Assembly (NCBI GenBank): GCA_028873525.1
Contig: JAGWIM010000001.1
Span: 2,068 to 66,067, forward strand
Source of the DNA: Pseudomonadota bacterium
GTDB lineage: Bacteria > Pseudomonadota > Alphaproteobacteria > Rickettsiales > SXRF01
Length of the DNA: 64,000 nt
Direction of reading: 5' to 3'
In this document: in pieces, positions 49,355-59,149 of the stretch
How positions within the stretch are numbered: the first letter of the stretch is position 1
Layout of the letters: each line of letters begins with the position of its first letter
Program-made: the position numbers and the translations under genes
The notes under the pieces: generated by a model
Database searches by the model: none
Told to the model about the DNA's origin: nothing
Seen by the model: the letters and a program-made list of their open reading frames with translations, nothing else

Positions 49355-50593
49355 TTACCCTCCCCAGCTCCGCGCCTGCACGTCAAACACGCGGCGGTAT
49401 TCGTCGAGGGCAAAGCGGTCGGTCATGCCGGCGAGGTAATCAGCGACGATGGTGGCGGTGGTGGCGCTCTTCGGGCCGCCGCCGGCCAGCCTGCGCCAGG
49501 CGGTCGGCAGGCATTGCGGCTCGTTTAAGAAAAACTGGAACAATTCGCGCACCACGCGCCGCGCTTTGCTCGCCATGCGGTTGACCTTGTAATGGCGGTA
49601 CATATGTTCCATGAGGAATTCCTTGAGCTTGAGATTGGCTTCCTGCATTTCGGCGGAAAACGCCACCAGCGGCTTGCCCAGCGTGCGGATGTCGTCGGGT
49701 TTTTCGATATGCTCGGCGTCGATGTTTCGTCGCGTTTCATCGATGAGGTCGGTAACCATGCGGTTAATGAGGCGGCGGATAACCTCGTGCGTCAGGCGCG
49801 GCTGCTCGATGCCAGGATAGTGGCTGCGCACCTCGCGGAAAATCACTCCGACGCTTTCGACTTCCTGGATGTCCTCCAGCGAGAACAATCCGGCGCGCAG
49901 GCCGTCGTCGATGTCATGATTATTATAAGCGATGTCGTCGGACAGCGAGGCCACCTGCGCCTCGCCGCCGGCAAAACTCTCGAGGTCGAGATCGTGCCGC
50001 GCATTATATTCGGCGATGGCGCGCGGCAGCGTCGGCGGCACCGGCTTGCCCAGCAATTTGCCGAACAGCGAGGCGCTGGTGCGTTTGATTAAGGGGCCGT
50101 TATGCTTGGCGATGCCCTCGAGCGTTTCCCAGGTCAGGTTCAACCCGTCGAACTCGGCGTAGCGCTGCTCCAGGCTGGTCACGATGCGCAGGCAATGGGC
50201 GTTGTGGTCGAACCCGCCGAACGGCTCCATCATCTCGGCGAGCGATTCCTCCCCCGCATGGCCGAACGGCGTGTGGCCGATGTCGTGCGCCAGCGCCAGC
50301 GTCTCGGCGAGGTCTTCGTTGAGGCCGAGCGACCGGCTGATGCCGCGCGCCATCTGCGAAACCTCCAGGCTATGCGTCAGCCGCGTGCGGTAATGGTCGC
50401 CCTCGTGGTTGACGAAGACCTGCGTCTTGTATTCGAGGCGGCGGAAGGCGGTGGAATGGATGATGCGGTCGCGGTCGCGCTGGAAGCAGGAGCGCGTGTT
50501 GCTCTCCTCCTCCGGGTGCAGCCGCCCGCGTCCGGCCTCGGGATGGCAGGCGTATTGCGCCAGCCCGTCTTTAGATGGGACAGATTCGTTCAT
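49355..50593 (-). CDS. dgt: deoxyguanosinetriphosphate triphosphohydrolase-like protein
   Basis: 412 aa, HD-domain blocks (FQRDRDRIIHS, RTRLTHSLEV, AHDIGHTPFGH). Confidence 0.85.
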   Translation of the reverse strand: MNESVPSKDGLAQYACHPEAGRGRLHPEEESNTRSCFQRDRDRIIHSTAFRRLEYKTQVFVNHEGDHYRTRLTHSLEVSQMARGISRSLGLNEDLAETLALAHDIGHTPFGHAGEESLAEMMEPFGGFDHNAHCLRIVTSLEQRYAEFDGLNLTWETLEGIAKHNGPLIKRTSASLFGKLLGKPVPPTLPRAIAEYNARHDLDLESFAGGEAQVASLSDDIAYNNHDIDDGLRAGLFSLEDIQEVESVGVIFREVRSHYPGIEQPRLTHEVIRRLINRMVTDLIDETRRNIDAEHIEKPDDIRTLGKPLVAFSAEMQEANLKLKEFLMEHMYRHYKVNRMASKARRVVRELFQFFLNEPQCLPTAWRRLAGGGPKSATTATIVADYLAGMTDRFALDEYRRVFDVQARSWGG

Positions 50594-50684
50594 AAGGCGT
50601 TAAGGCTTAGCGAAAGACAGGCGCGGTGGCAAGGATATTTCCCCGCCGTCCGCCTCCACTCTTTGTCATCCCCGTCTTTAATCC

Positions 50685-50789
50685 GTCATTCCCGCGCAGG
50701 CGGGAATCCAGCAAAGCGCCATGGGCGCGGTATAAACCCTTCTGCGCCGCAGACGCGGCGCACTGGATTCCCGCTTTCGCGGGGATGAC
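50685..50789. repeat. 105-bp MITE-like element (same family as 44570-44705)
   Basis: gtcattcccgcgcaggcgggaatccag ... cactggattcccgctttcgcggggatgac. Partial copies flank it at 50664-50684 and 50800-50808. Confidence 0.65.
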
Positions 50790-51245
50790 AAAATAAATGG
50801 GAATGACAAAATTCCCCCTTCCCGACCACATTTTCCTATGAGACTCTTGGCCTACACCCGGGTTACTGCGCGGCGGAATTTACGGGGCGTTGCCCCGCAA
50901 AATCACCACTATGATTTTGCGCCAATGCCATGAGAAGGTGTGCCAAGGCCCTCGCTCACCGTATCGTCCGCGTTTTTATTCCAAAACGCTTGGCCGCAAG
51001 GGGCGCTGAAGATCCCCCGACCCTCACCCCCGTCGCAAATCCAGGGGTTTCTGCCGTGAGCCGGCTCACACTACGTAATTTCCCTCTCCCATCGGGAGAG
51101 GGTGTCCACCGAAGCCCGAAAGGCGAAGGCGGGCGGGCGAGGGCATCGCCGGTGGCGCACCCCCCCTCGCCCTTACCCCTCTCCCGGCGGGAGAGAGGAA
51201 CAAACCCGCTTGTTTTTCCGGCGGTTTTAACCCATATTATAAGAC

Positions 51246-51620
51246 ATGCAGCCGCATGAACATCTGGTCGCGCCCGCGCCGCCGCCCGCTTTCACGCTGA
51301 CGGACAGCGCGAGTGCGCGCATCAACGCGCTTAAAGCATCGGAACGCAAGCCGAATCTTCGTTTCCGCATTACGGTCAAAGGTGGCGGCTGTTCCGGCTT
51401 CCAGTATGATTTCGCGCTCGATGACGGCGCGCCCGCGGCCGAAGACATGATTTTCGCGCATAATGGCGCCGAAGTCATCGTGGATAATGTTTCGCTCGGC
51501 ATCATCGGCGGCAGCGTGCTGGATTATACGGAAGATTTATCCAGCGCCGGCTTCTCCATCAAAAATCCCCACGCCACCGCCAAATGCGGCTGCGGCAATA
51601 GCTTCGCGGTGACGCTTTGA
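51246..51620 (+). CDS. erpA: iron-sulfur cluster insertion protein ErpA (HesB/IscA family)
   Basis: 124 aa with GGGCSGFQY and a C-terminal CGCGNSF. Confidence 0.8.
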   Translation: MQPHEHLVAPAPPPAFTLTDSASARINALKASERKPNLRFRITVKGGGCSGFQYDFALDDGAPAAEDMIFAHNGAEVIVDNVSLGIIGGSVLDYTEDLSSAGFSIKNPHATAKCGCGNSFAVTL

Positions 51621-54505
51621 TGCGCTTCCTCTTGCTAAAGAATCTGGCAATAAAGCAATATTATTTTCTGACCACAGGGCTGTTTATCCTTGCGATTACA
51701 CTGAAAGCTGCTCTGATCAATCTTCGATCATCGGATTTCCAGCATTTTCTAATATATTGGGTGCATTTTCCCCAGACTCACGGCCTGTTACATGCCTACG
51801 CACAGGGATTTTCCAATTATGCCCCGCTCTATACTTATATGCTCGGCATTGCCGGTTGGCTTTTTCCCTCTCTACGAACACTCTATCTGGTGAAAGGCGT
51901 GACGTTCGCCGGCGAAGCCTTCGCCGGCCTGTATCTCTACCGGCTTATGGACTGGTACCGGCAACGTGAAGGATACACGCCGGTTACGCCACTTATCGGC
52001 GCCATATTGCTCCTGCTGTCTCCTTCCGTATTGGTCAACGGCGCGGACGTGGGGCAATGCGATATATGGTGGGTAGCGTTCCTGCTGGCAGCATTGTATT
52101 ACATTATAAACGATCGACCCCTGCCCACTCTGATATATTGTGGGTTAGCGCTCGCCTTCAAGCCGCAATCGCTGTTTCTCTCGCCGCTGTTTCTGGTGCT
52201 GGTCATCAAAGGCCGCGTTCCATGGAAACTGGCATGGGTGCCGCTGGCCGTCTATGTCGCCACCTGTATTCCCGCATGGCTGGAAGGCAGGTCGCTATAT
52301 GATCTATTAATGATTTATCCCAGTCAGGCTATGGAAGGCGATCTCAACAGCAACGCCCCAAATATCTATCTGCTATCGCTCCAAATGTCCTCGGTATTAA
52401 AAGCACAACTTGGCATATTGGTGGGCCTGGCGCTGGCACTAGCTTTCATATTTGTCACCTGCCTGCGGTGGAAGCTCCCGTTCACGCTGACGCAATACAC
52501 GCTGCTGGCTACTCTGAGCGCCGCCATGCTGCCCTTCGTGCTGCCGCACATGCATGACCGTTATTTCTTCGCCGCCGATATCCTGTCACTGCTGCTGGCC
52601 TGCCTTAATCCACGCTGGTGCATACTTACCCTACTGTTCCAAAGCGCATCCATATTGGCGCCACCCGATTATCAAACGCATCTTTCAATTTTTCATAACC
52701 ATAATACTGCCTTACGGCTCGGCCTGGGTATGAACGCGGCAGCGCTTGCCATATTGTTTTATCTATGCATAAAACACGTGTGGACAAATCAACACCGTTG
52801 TCGTTCTGACATATGGATTCGCGTGCCGCTCGCCTCTTCCATAACCCTTACGCTTGCCAGCTGGATATGCGTGCTGCTGCTGTGGTCTTTTACGCCCGTT
52901 ACGCTTGCCAACATTACCACCACGCATGCGGGGAGCGGCGGCATCGCCAGCGTTTCATTTTCTTATTTCCCCGGTCAGTCGGGCGTTCTCCGCATCGTGC
53001 CTTCGGCTGATGTCCGCCCCAGCCAGTGGCCGGGCGTGCCGGATATCCGCAAGACCGCCTGCCTCAAGGAAATCACCATCAACGGCAATCCTGTCAGCCA
53101 TGGCTTTTCAGGCTGCTACGGCGACGCGGTGACCATGGATTTCTCTCCCTACCTGCATTACGGCGCCAATCAGCTGCAGGTGACATTCAGCGCCACGGGA
53201 AGCAACCCTGATGTCGCCGTCTATAGCATGCGCTCAACGCCGGAGATGCTGGCCATTCTCTATTATCTCTGCTTCGGCCTGCTGATGCACCGGATATTGC
53301 GTGCTGACCGGAAGGCGTTGCGGAACAGCGTCCATCCCATCCAGATAACCCTGCTGGCTGTCGGTCTGGCCGTCGCGTGGTGGGCGCGATCTCCCTTGAT
53401 GGACGTCACCTCCAACGACTACCGCGCCTTCATCGATCGCTGGTTATTCGTCATACGCTATTATCCCGGCATCCATTACGCAGCCAGCGGCTCGAATTAC
53501 ACCCCCTTTTACATTTATATGATGGGGGTATTCGACCGCCTGTTTCCTACCCTCGCTATGCTCCACGCCGTCAAATGGCTGAGCTTCCTCGGCGATGTGT
53601 TTGCGGGATTCTGGCTGTGGCGCATTATCGCACTCTGCAACCATCATCCACTCCTGCCGCCCGCCGCCGTGACGCTGCTGTGGCTGGCGCCATCGGTGGT
53701 GCTGAACAGCACCGCCATGGCACAGTGCGACAGCTGGTGGGTGGGCATGCTGCTGGCCGCCATGTATTATGTGGGTAAACAACGGCCTTCCATGGCATTA
53801 TTTTGGGGCGGCATGGCCTTTGCCTTCAAGCTGCAGGCCGTCTTCCTTGCGCCGCTGCTGCTGATACTGGTGCTGGAAGGCATCGTGCCATGGAAAAAGC
53901 TATGGATACTACCCGCCGCCTATCTCTTAATCTGCCTGCCCGCGTGGATGGAGGGTGTGCCGATGTCTAAATTACTTCTGGTGTACTGGCGACAGTTTCA
54001 TACTTACGGTAATATCACCGAAACAGGCAATATCTATGTCTGGCTGCCGCTGCATTATTCCTATGAAACCATGCGCGATGCGGGACTCATTTTTTCCGCT
54101 GCTGCCGCCGCCGGGCTGGTGACCTGGACGCACCGGCGCTGGCCACGGCAGCCGACGCCCATCCATTATCTGCTGCTGGCGGCGCTTTTTTCCACACTGA
54201 TGCCGTTCATCCTGCCGAAGATGATCAACCGCTATTTCCTCGCCGGCGACGTGTTGACGCTGGTCATCGCCACCTTAAGGCCGTGCTGGTTTCTGCCGGC
54301 GCTGCTCATGCAATGCGCTTCTATCCTCACCTTCCAGAGCTGGCAGCTTGATGTAGCCCAGCGCCTGACCGGCCTTGATGACTGGAGCCGTTTCCGCATC
54401 GCCGCCGTGCTGTATGCAGCGGCGATTGCATTATTGCTATGGCTGTGCCAGCGTTATGTGTGGAAACTCGAACCCACCGGCGGAAATGGCACATGCCGAG
54501 AATAA
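51620..54505 (+). CDS. tandem-duplicated GT-C-fold membrane glycosyltransferase (two modules joined by a soluble linker domain)
   Basis: About 960 aa. Module 1 and module 2 share SNY(A/T)P(L/F)Y, QCD(I/S)WWV, FK(P/L)Q..FL.PL and PAW(L/M)EG blocks. A non-membrane, beta-rich segment is encoded around 52908-53240. The ATG at 51620 overlaps the erpA TGA. Confidence 0.6.
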   Translation: MRFLLLKNLAIKQYYFLTTGLFILAITLKAALINLRSSDFQHFLIYWVHFPQTHGLLHAYAQGFSNYAPLYTYMLGIAGWLFPSLRTLYLVKGVTFAGEAFAGLYLYRLMDWYRQREGYTPVTPLIGAILLLLSPSVLVNGADVGQCDIWWVAFLLAALYYIINDRPLPTLIYCGLALAFKPQSLFLSPLFLVLVIKGRVPWKLAWVPLAVYVATCIPAWLEGRSLYDLLMIYPSQAMEGDLNSNAPNIYLLSLQMSSVLKAQLGILVGLALALAFIFVTCLRWKLPFTLTQYTLLATLSAAMLPFVLPHMHDRYFFAADILSLLLACLNPRWCILTLLFQSASILAPPDYQTHLSIFHNHNTALRLGLGMNAAALAILFYLCIKHVWTNQHRCRSDIWIRVPLASSITLTLASWICVLLLWSFTPVTLANITTTHAGSGGIASVSFSYFPGQSGVLRIVPSADVRPSQWPGVPDIRKTACLKEITINGNPVSHGFSGCYGDAVTMDFSPYLHYGANQLQVTFSATGSNPDVAVYSMRSTPEMLAILYYLCFGLLMHRILRADRKALRNSVHPIQITLLAVGLAVAWWARSPLMDVTSNDYRAFIDRWLFVIRYYPGIHYAASGSNYTPFYIYMMGVFDRLFPTLAMLHAVKWLSFLGDVFAGFWLWRIIALCNHHPLLPPAAVTLLWLAPSVVLNSTAMAQCDSWWVGMLLAAMYYVGKQRPSMALFWGGMAFAFKLQAVFLAPLLLILVLEGIVPWKKLWILPAAYLLICLPAWMEGVPMSKLLLVYWRQFHTYGNITETGNIYVWLPLHYSYETMRDAGLIFSAAAAAGLVTWTHRRWPRQPTPIHYLLLAALFSTLMPFILPKMINRYFLAGDVLTLVIATLRPCWFLPALLMQCASILTFQSWQLDVAQRLTGLDDWSRFRIAAVLYAAAIALLLWLCQRYVWKLEPTGGNGTCRE

Positions 54506-55719
54506 AAACATTTTCCCCGTCTTTTTTCATCATTCTGGCGCTATATCTGCTGGCGGTCTGCCTAAAAATATACCTCATCGATTACAGGTCGGACGATTAC
54601 AATGGATATGTAATTTACTGGATGTCCTATATCCGCGAGCATGGCATGGCGCATGCCTATGGCACGCGTTTTTCCAATTATGCCCCTCTTTATACTTACC
54701 TGCTGGGCATCTTCAGTCTGCTCTCGCCTTATTTAAGCACGCTTTACATCGTAAAAACCGTCACGTTTGCCGGGGAAGCGGTCGCCGTTTATTACGTCTA
54801 TGAAATGGTCGCGCTGCACCAACGCCAGACGCAGGGCAGCACAGACATATCCCTGCCGCCGGGCATCGCTGCTGTATCGGTGATACTATTGCCAACCGTG
54901 CTGGCCAACGGCGCATGGTTCGGGCAGTGCGATATCTGGTACACCGTATGCCTGCTGGCGTTCGTATTTTACCTGTCATGCGGGGGAAAATACAAAGCGC
55001 TGATCGCTTACGGACTGTCTTTCTCGTTCAAACCCCAGGCGATATTCCTGACGCCGCTTTTGCTGTTCTGCCTGCTGGAGCGCAAAATCCGCTGGTGGGA
55101 GATAGCGATTATTCCCGGCGTGTACATCCTGACCTGCGTTCCCGCTTGGCTGGAAGGCCGCCCGTTCATGGAACTGCTCTTTAATTACTGGCCTCAGCTG
55201 TTCAACTGGAATATGCATCAGCAGGCGTGGACGGCCTCGTTCATGGCGGCCAATATTTTCATTTACCTGCCCGACATCAGCCGGGGCTGGGTTGCCTACG
55301 GCGGGTTGTTTCTTGCCGCTTGTGCAGGAGGGAGCATTGCCTGGGTCAGCCACCGCCGCCGGCACGATGAAAATTCCCTGCTGGCGATGATATTGCTGGC
55401 CACGCTTTTCGCCGCGCTCATGCCCTATCTGCTTCCCCGCCAGCTCGGCCGTTATTTTTTTGCCGCGGATATTTTTTCCTTCCTGCTGGCAGCCTTGAGG
55501 CCGCGCTGGTTTTTCATCGCCGCGATGTTCCAGTATGCCTCTCTGGCCGCCACGCTCTATAACGTTTCGCTTCCATGGATATGGCCGCATTATTCAGGGA
55601 TAGCCCGCCTGAAAACCGCCATGTGGATAAACGCCGCCGCGATTGCCATGCTCTCTTGGCTCTGTTACCAACATATCTGGAAGCGCAATCCATTACCGCT
55701 GGCGAACACAAGCGAATGA
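54493..55719 (+). CDS. GT-C-fold membrane glycosyltransferase (third paralogous module)
   Basis: 408 aa from the ATG at 54493, overlapping the previous ORF by 13 nt. Same motif series (SDDYNGY, FSNYAPLYTY, GQCDIWY, FSFKPQAIFLTPL, PAWLEG). Confidence 0.6.
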   Translation: MPRIKTFSPSFFIILALYLLAVCLKIYLIDYRSDDYNGYVIYWMSYIREHGMAHAYGTRFSNYAPLYTYLLGIFSLLSPYLSTLYIVKTVTFAGEAVAVYYVYEMVALHQRQTQGSTDISLPPGIAAVSVILLPTVLANGAWFGQCDIWYTVCLLAFVFYLSCGGKYKALIAYGLSFSFKPQAIFLTPLLLFCLLERKIRWWEIAIIPGVYILTCVPAWLEGRPFMELLFNYWPQLFNWNMHQQAWTASFMAANIFIYLPDISRGWVAYGGLFLAACAGGSIAWVSHRRRHDENSLLAMILLATLFAALMPYLLPRQLGRYFFAADIFSFLLAALRPRWFFIAAMFQYASLAATLYNVSLPWIWPHYSGIARLKTAMWINAAAIAMLSWLCYQHIWKRNPLPLANTSE

Positions 55720-55723
55720 CATC

Positions 55724-56656
55724 ATGACCACCCCCCTCCTCTCCATCGTCGTTCCCTGCTATAACGAGGAAGGAAGTATCGCCGCGCTTGCAGCACGGCT
55801 GGATGCAGTCCTGGGTGATTACAAAACGCAAGGTACGGAAATCCTCCTGGTCGATGACGGCTCGGCTGACGGCACATGGCCGGCCATTGAAAAGCTCTGT
55901 GCGAAAGATGCCGGCGTTATCGGCGTCCGGCTGTCGCGCAATTTCGGGCACCAGATGGCGCTGGCCTGCGGGCTGGATCATGCGCGCGGGCGGCGCGTGC
56001 TGGTCATCGACGCCGATCTGCAGGACCCGCCGGAACTGCTCCCCGCCATGATCAAAAAAATGGACGAAGGATTTGATGTCGTTTATGGCAAGCGCCGGTC
56101 GCGGCAAGGCGAAGGCGGTTTTAAGAAAGCCTCGGCCTGGGTCTATTACCGGCTGCTGGGGCGCCTGAGCGAGGTGCCGATTCCGCCGGAGGCCGGCGAT
56201 TTCCGGCTGATGAGCCGCCGCGCGGTGGATGCGCTCATCGCGCTGCCGGAGCGCATCCGCTTCACGCGCGGGCTGGTGGCGTGGCTCGGCTTCCGTCAGG
56301 CCGCCGTCGAATATACGCGGGAAGCGCGCCATGCCGGAGAGACGCATTACCCGCTGCGCGCCATGCTGCGTTTCGCGAATGAGGGCATCACCAGTTTCTC
56401 AACGCGCCCGCTGCAACTGGCGACATGGCTGGGGCTGCTCATGATGATGGTCAGCATCGGCCTGCTGGGTTATGTTTTCCTGTCGTGGCTGCTGTTCGAT
56501 ACGGTGCGCGGCTGGACCAGCCTGGCCGCCATTTTCCTGCTGTCGCAGGCGGCGCAATGGCTGATGCTGGGCATCATCGGCAATTACCTCGCCGTCATGT
56601 TCCGTGAAGTAAAAGCGCGGCCGCTGTACCTGATAGACCGGACGCTCAACCGATGA
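55724..56656 (+). CDS. polyprenyl-phosphate glycosyltransferase (GtrB/ArnC-like GT2)
   Basis: 310 aa from the ATG at 55724. LSIVVPCYNEEGSI, LVDDGSADGT, RNFGHQ, IDADLQDPPE, plus two C-terminal TM helices. Confidence 0.8.
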   Translation: MTTPLLSIVVPCYNEEGSIAALAARLDAVLGDYKTQGTEILLVDDGSADGTWPAIEKLCAKDAGVIGVRLSRNFGHQMALACGLDHARGRRVLVIDADLQDPPELLPAMIKKMDEGFDVVYGKRRSRQGEGGFKKASAWVYYRLLGRLSEVPIPPEAGDFRLMSRRAVDALIALPERIRFTRGLVAWLGFRQAAVEYTREARHAGETHYPLRAMLRFANEGITSFSTRPLQLATWLGLLMMMVSIGLLGYVFLSWLLFDTVRGWTSLAAIFLLSQAAQWLMLGIIGNYLAVMFREVKARPLYLIDRTLNR

Positions 56657-57555
56657 CTATTTCCATCGCCGCCTGGAATGTGAATTCGGTCAAGGCGCGG
56701 ATTGTGCATATGCTGGACTGGCTGAAACAGGACGCGCCGGACATCGCGCTGCTGCAGGAAACCAAATGCGTTGATGACGCTTTTCCGAAAATGGAAATCG
56801 AAGACCTGGGTTACAACCTCGCGCTGTTCGGCGAAAAAACCTATAACGGCGTCGCCATCCTCTCCAAATTTCCGCTGGAGGATATAAGGCGCGGCCTGCC
56901 GGGAGATAGCGGCGATGCCCAGGCACGGTATATTGAAGCAGTCGTCAGCCTGCCACGGGTAACGGGCGCCGGGTGCCGGGTGTCAGATAAAAAAGGCATT
57001 CCTTCCGTCACCCCGCAGGCACTCCGCGTCGCCTCCGTCTATGTGCCCAACGGGCAGGATGCGGCGTCGGAAAAATTTCAGTACAAGCTGCGCTTTTTAG
57101 ACCGCCTGCGCGCGCATATGCAAACGCTGCTCGCCTATGACGAAATGCTGGTCATCGGCGGCGACTATAATATCGCCCCCGAAAATGCCGACGTGCACGA
57201 CCCGAAAGCCTGGGAAGGCAGCGTGCTGACGCATGAGGAAGTGCGGCGCAGGTTTCGCGGGATTTTGCATCTGGGGATGTACGATGCCGGCGTGGTGCCG
57301 GGCGCCGGGTGCCGGGTGTCAGATAAAAAAGCGGTTTCCAGTCCGGCACCTCTCTACACCTGGTGGGACTACCGCAATAATGCGTTCGCGCGCGATGATG
57401 GCCTGCGCATCGACCACCTGCTGCTGTCGTCGCAGGCGGCAGACGCGCTCAGCGGCTGGCGCGTTGAAAAAAAACTCCGCGGGCTGGACAAGGCGTCGGA
57501 TCACGCGCCGGTGGTTATAATCCTGCGCGAGCGAAGCGAGGCACAGGATCTTTAG
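56653..57555 (+). CDS. xth: exodeoxyribonuclease III
   Basis: AWNVNS...LQETK...YNGVAILS...GGDYNI...YTWWDYR...RIDHLL...SDHAPV. About 40 aa longer than usual because of two in-frame repeat insertions. Confidence 0.85.
   Translation: MTISIAAWNVNSVKARIVHMLDWLKQDAPDIALLQETKCVDDAFPKMEIEDLGYNLALFGEKTYNGVAILSKFPLEDIRRGLPGDSGDAQARYIEAVVSLPRVTGAGCRVSDKKGIPSVTPQALRVASVYVPNGQDAASEKFQYKLRFLDRLRAHMQTLLAYDEMLVIGGDYNIAPENADVHDPKAWEGSVLTHEEVRRRFRGILHLGMYDAGVVPGAGCRVSDKKAVSSPAPLYTWWDYRNNAFARDDGLRIDHLLLSSQAADALSGWRVEKKLRGLDKASDHAPVVIILRERSEAQDL
56965..56995 (+). repeat. 31-nt repeat copy 1 inside xth
   Basis: ggcgccgggtgccgggtgtcagataaaaaag, in frame, encoding GAGCRVSDKK. Confidence 0.9.
57301..57331 (+). repeat. 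31-nt repeat copy 2 inside xth
   Basis: Identical 31-mer, 336 nt downstream of copy 1 and in the same codon phase. Confidence 0.9.
57519..57550. repeat. REP-like hairpin (inverted orientation) forming the xth 3' end
   Basis: aatcctgcgcgagcgaagcgaggcacaggatc encodes ...ILRERSEAQDL directly before the stop. Confidence 0.55.
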
Positions 57556-57666
57556 CCGTGGAGAGAAATCCTGCGCTGACGCCCCTGGCTGCGCCGTTGG
57601 CTTCCGGGCAATCGGCATTTTTGGAGCAAGGCTTCGCCAAGGCGGGGGCGTCCCGCAGGATAGTCA

Positions 57667-59058
57667 CTACCATCCCTTCGGCACCGCGCCTGGCGCTACC
57701 TTCACCTGATTGCGGCCGTTGTGCTTGGCCGCGTAGAGCGCTTCGTCGGCGCGCTTGAGCAGGCCTTCTCCGGAATCTCCGTCCGGATGCAGGCTGGCGA
57801 TGCCGATGGAAACGGTTTTCTTGATGGTTTCGCCGCCTGCATTGATTTTGAACACGGCGCTCTCGACGATGTCGCGCATGCGGTTGCCGGCGCCCACCGC
57901 CGCCTGCGGGTCGGTCTCCGGCATCAGCATGACAAACTCCTCGCCGCCGAAACGCGCCGCCAGGTCGGTCGAACGCGAGGCGTGGATGATAAGATCCGCG
58001 AGTTGCTTGAGCACCAGGTCGCCGGCATCATGGCCATAGGCATCGTTGACGTCCTTGAAATGATCCATGTCCATGATCATCAGCGCCAGATGCTTGCCGT
58101 TTTTTAACGCCTGCTTGACCATGTTGCCAAGGTGGGTGCCCAGGTAATGGCGGTTGTAGAGACCGGTGAGGCCATCGGTAATCGCCATGGAAATGCTTTT
58201 CTGGTAATTTGACTTCAGCGCTTCCTGGTATTTTTTGCGGCGTATCTGCGTGCGCACGCGCGCCGTCAGTTCGTTCTTGTCCACCGGCACCGGCAGATAA
58301 TCGTTGATCCCCATCTCCAGCGCCTTGAGCATGAGGCGCTGGTCATCCTCGTCGACGAAGACGAGAATCGGCACGGCGCGCGTCTGCTCGTGGCTTTTTA
58401 TCTGCGAGGCGAGGCGAAGGCCGTCGACGTCGGTCAACAGCGTGCTGATGAGGATAGCGTCGAAGTTGGCTTCGGCCGCCCTGGCCGGCGCCTGCTCCGG
58501 ATCCTGTATCCATTCCACCGCGTAGGTTTTGCTCAGGCGTTCGACGATCTGCTTGCCCTGCACGTTGTCGTCCTCGACCAGCAGGATGCACGCGCCCGAC
58601 ACATCGGACACGAAGAGGTTGTTCTCGCCGGTCTGGATGCCCATCTCGGTGCTGGTTTTATCGCGCAGGCGCAGCTCGTCGAGCAGCGTCTTGATGCGCA
58701 CCAGCGAGCGCACGCGCGCGAACAGCGCCATGTCGTTGATCGGCTTGCTGAGAAAATCGTCGGCGCCGGATTCCAGCCCCTTGAGCCGGTCGGATTTTTC
58801 CGACAGCGCCGTCACCATCACCACCGGGATGTGCGACAACTCGGCGTCTTCCTTGATTTTCCTGCAGGTCTCGAAGCCGTCCATGCCCGGCATCATGATG
58901 TCGAGCAGGATAAGATCGGGCTTGTGCGCCTTGGCCTCCTTGATCGCTTCAAAACCGTCCCTGGCTGGAATAACGTCGTAATATTCGCTGGCGAGCTTGG
59001 CCTCCAGCAACTTGATATTGGCCGGTACATCGTCAACGACGAGAATCTGGGCGGTCAT
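57667..59058 (-). CDS. pleD: PleD-type response regulator / diguanylate cyclase
   Basis: MTAQILVVDDVPANIKLLEAKL...: two receiver domains plus GGDEF (RFGGEEF) with an RxxD I-site (RSTD). The ATG at 59058 is preferred; the tracked ORF start at 59091 is read from repeat sequence. Confidence 0.85.
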   Translation of the reverse strand: MTAQILVVDDVPANIKLLEAKLASEYYDVIPARDGFEAIKEAKAHKPDLILLDIMMPGMDGFETCRKIKEDAELSHIPVVMVTALSEKSDRLKGLESGADDFLSKPINDMALFARVRSLVRIKTLLDELRLRDKTSTEMGIQTGENNLFVSDVSGACILLVEDDNVQGKQIVERLSKTYAVEWIQDPEQAPARAAEANFDAILISTLLTDVDGLRLASQIKSHEQTRAVPILVFVDEDDQRLMLKALEMGINDYLPVPVDKNELTARVRTQIRRKKYQEALKSNYQKSISMAITDGLTGLYNRHYLGTHLGNMVKQALKNGKHLALMIMDMDHFKDVNDAYGHDAGDLVLKQLADLIIHASRSTDLAARFGGEEFVMLMPETDPQAAVGAGNRMRDIVESAVFKINAGGETIKKTVSIGIASLHPDGDSGEGLLKRADEALYAAKHNGRNQVKVAPGAVPKGW

Positions 59059-59111
59059 GCTTTCATCCTGTGCGCCACGAAGCGGCCGCACGGGACACCC
59101 CTCCGTTGCAC

Positions 59112-59145
59112 GGGATTCTCAGCCTCGCTTCGCTCACGCAGGATT
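59112..59145. repeat. REP-like hairpin in the divK-pleD spacer
   Basis: gggattctcagcctcgcttcgctcacgcaggatt. An oppositely oriented relative lies at 59065-59096. Confidence 0.5.
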
Positions 59146-59149
59146 ACAA

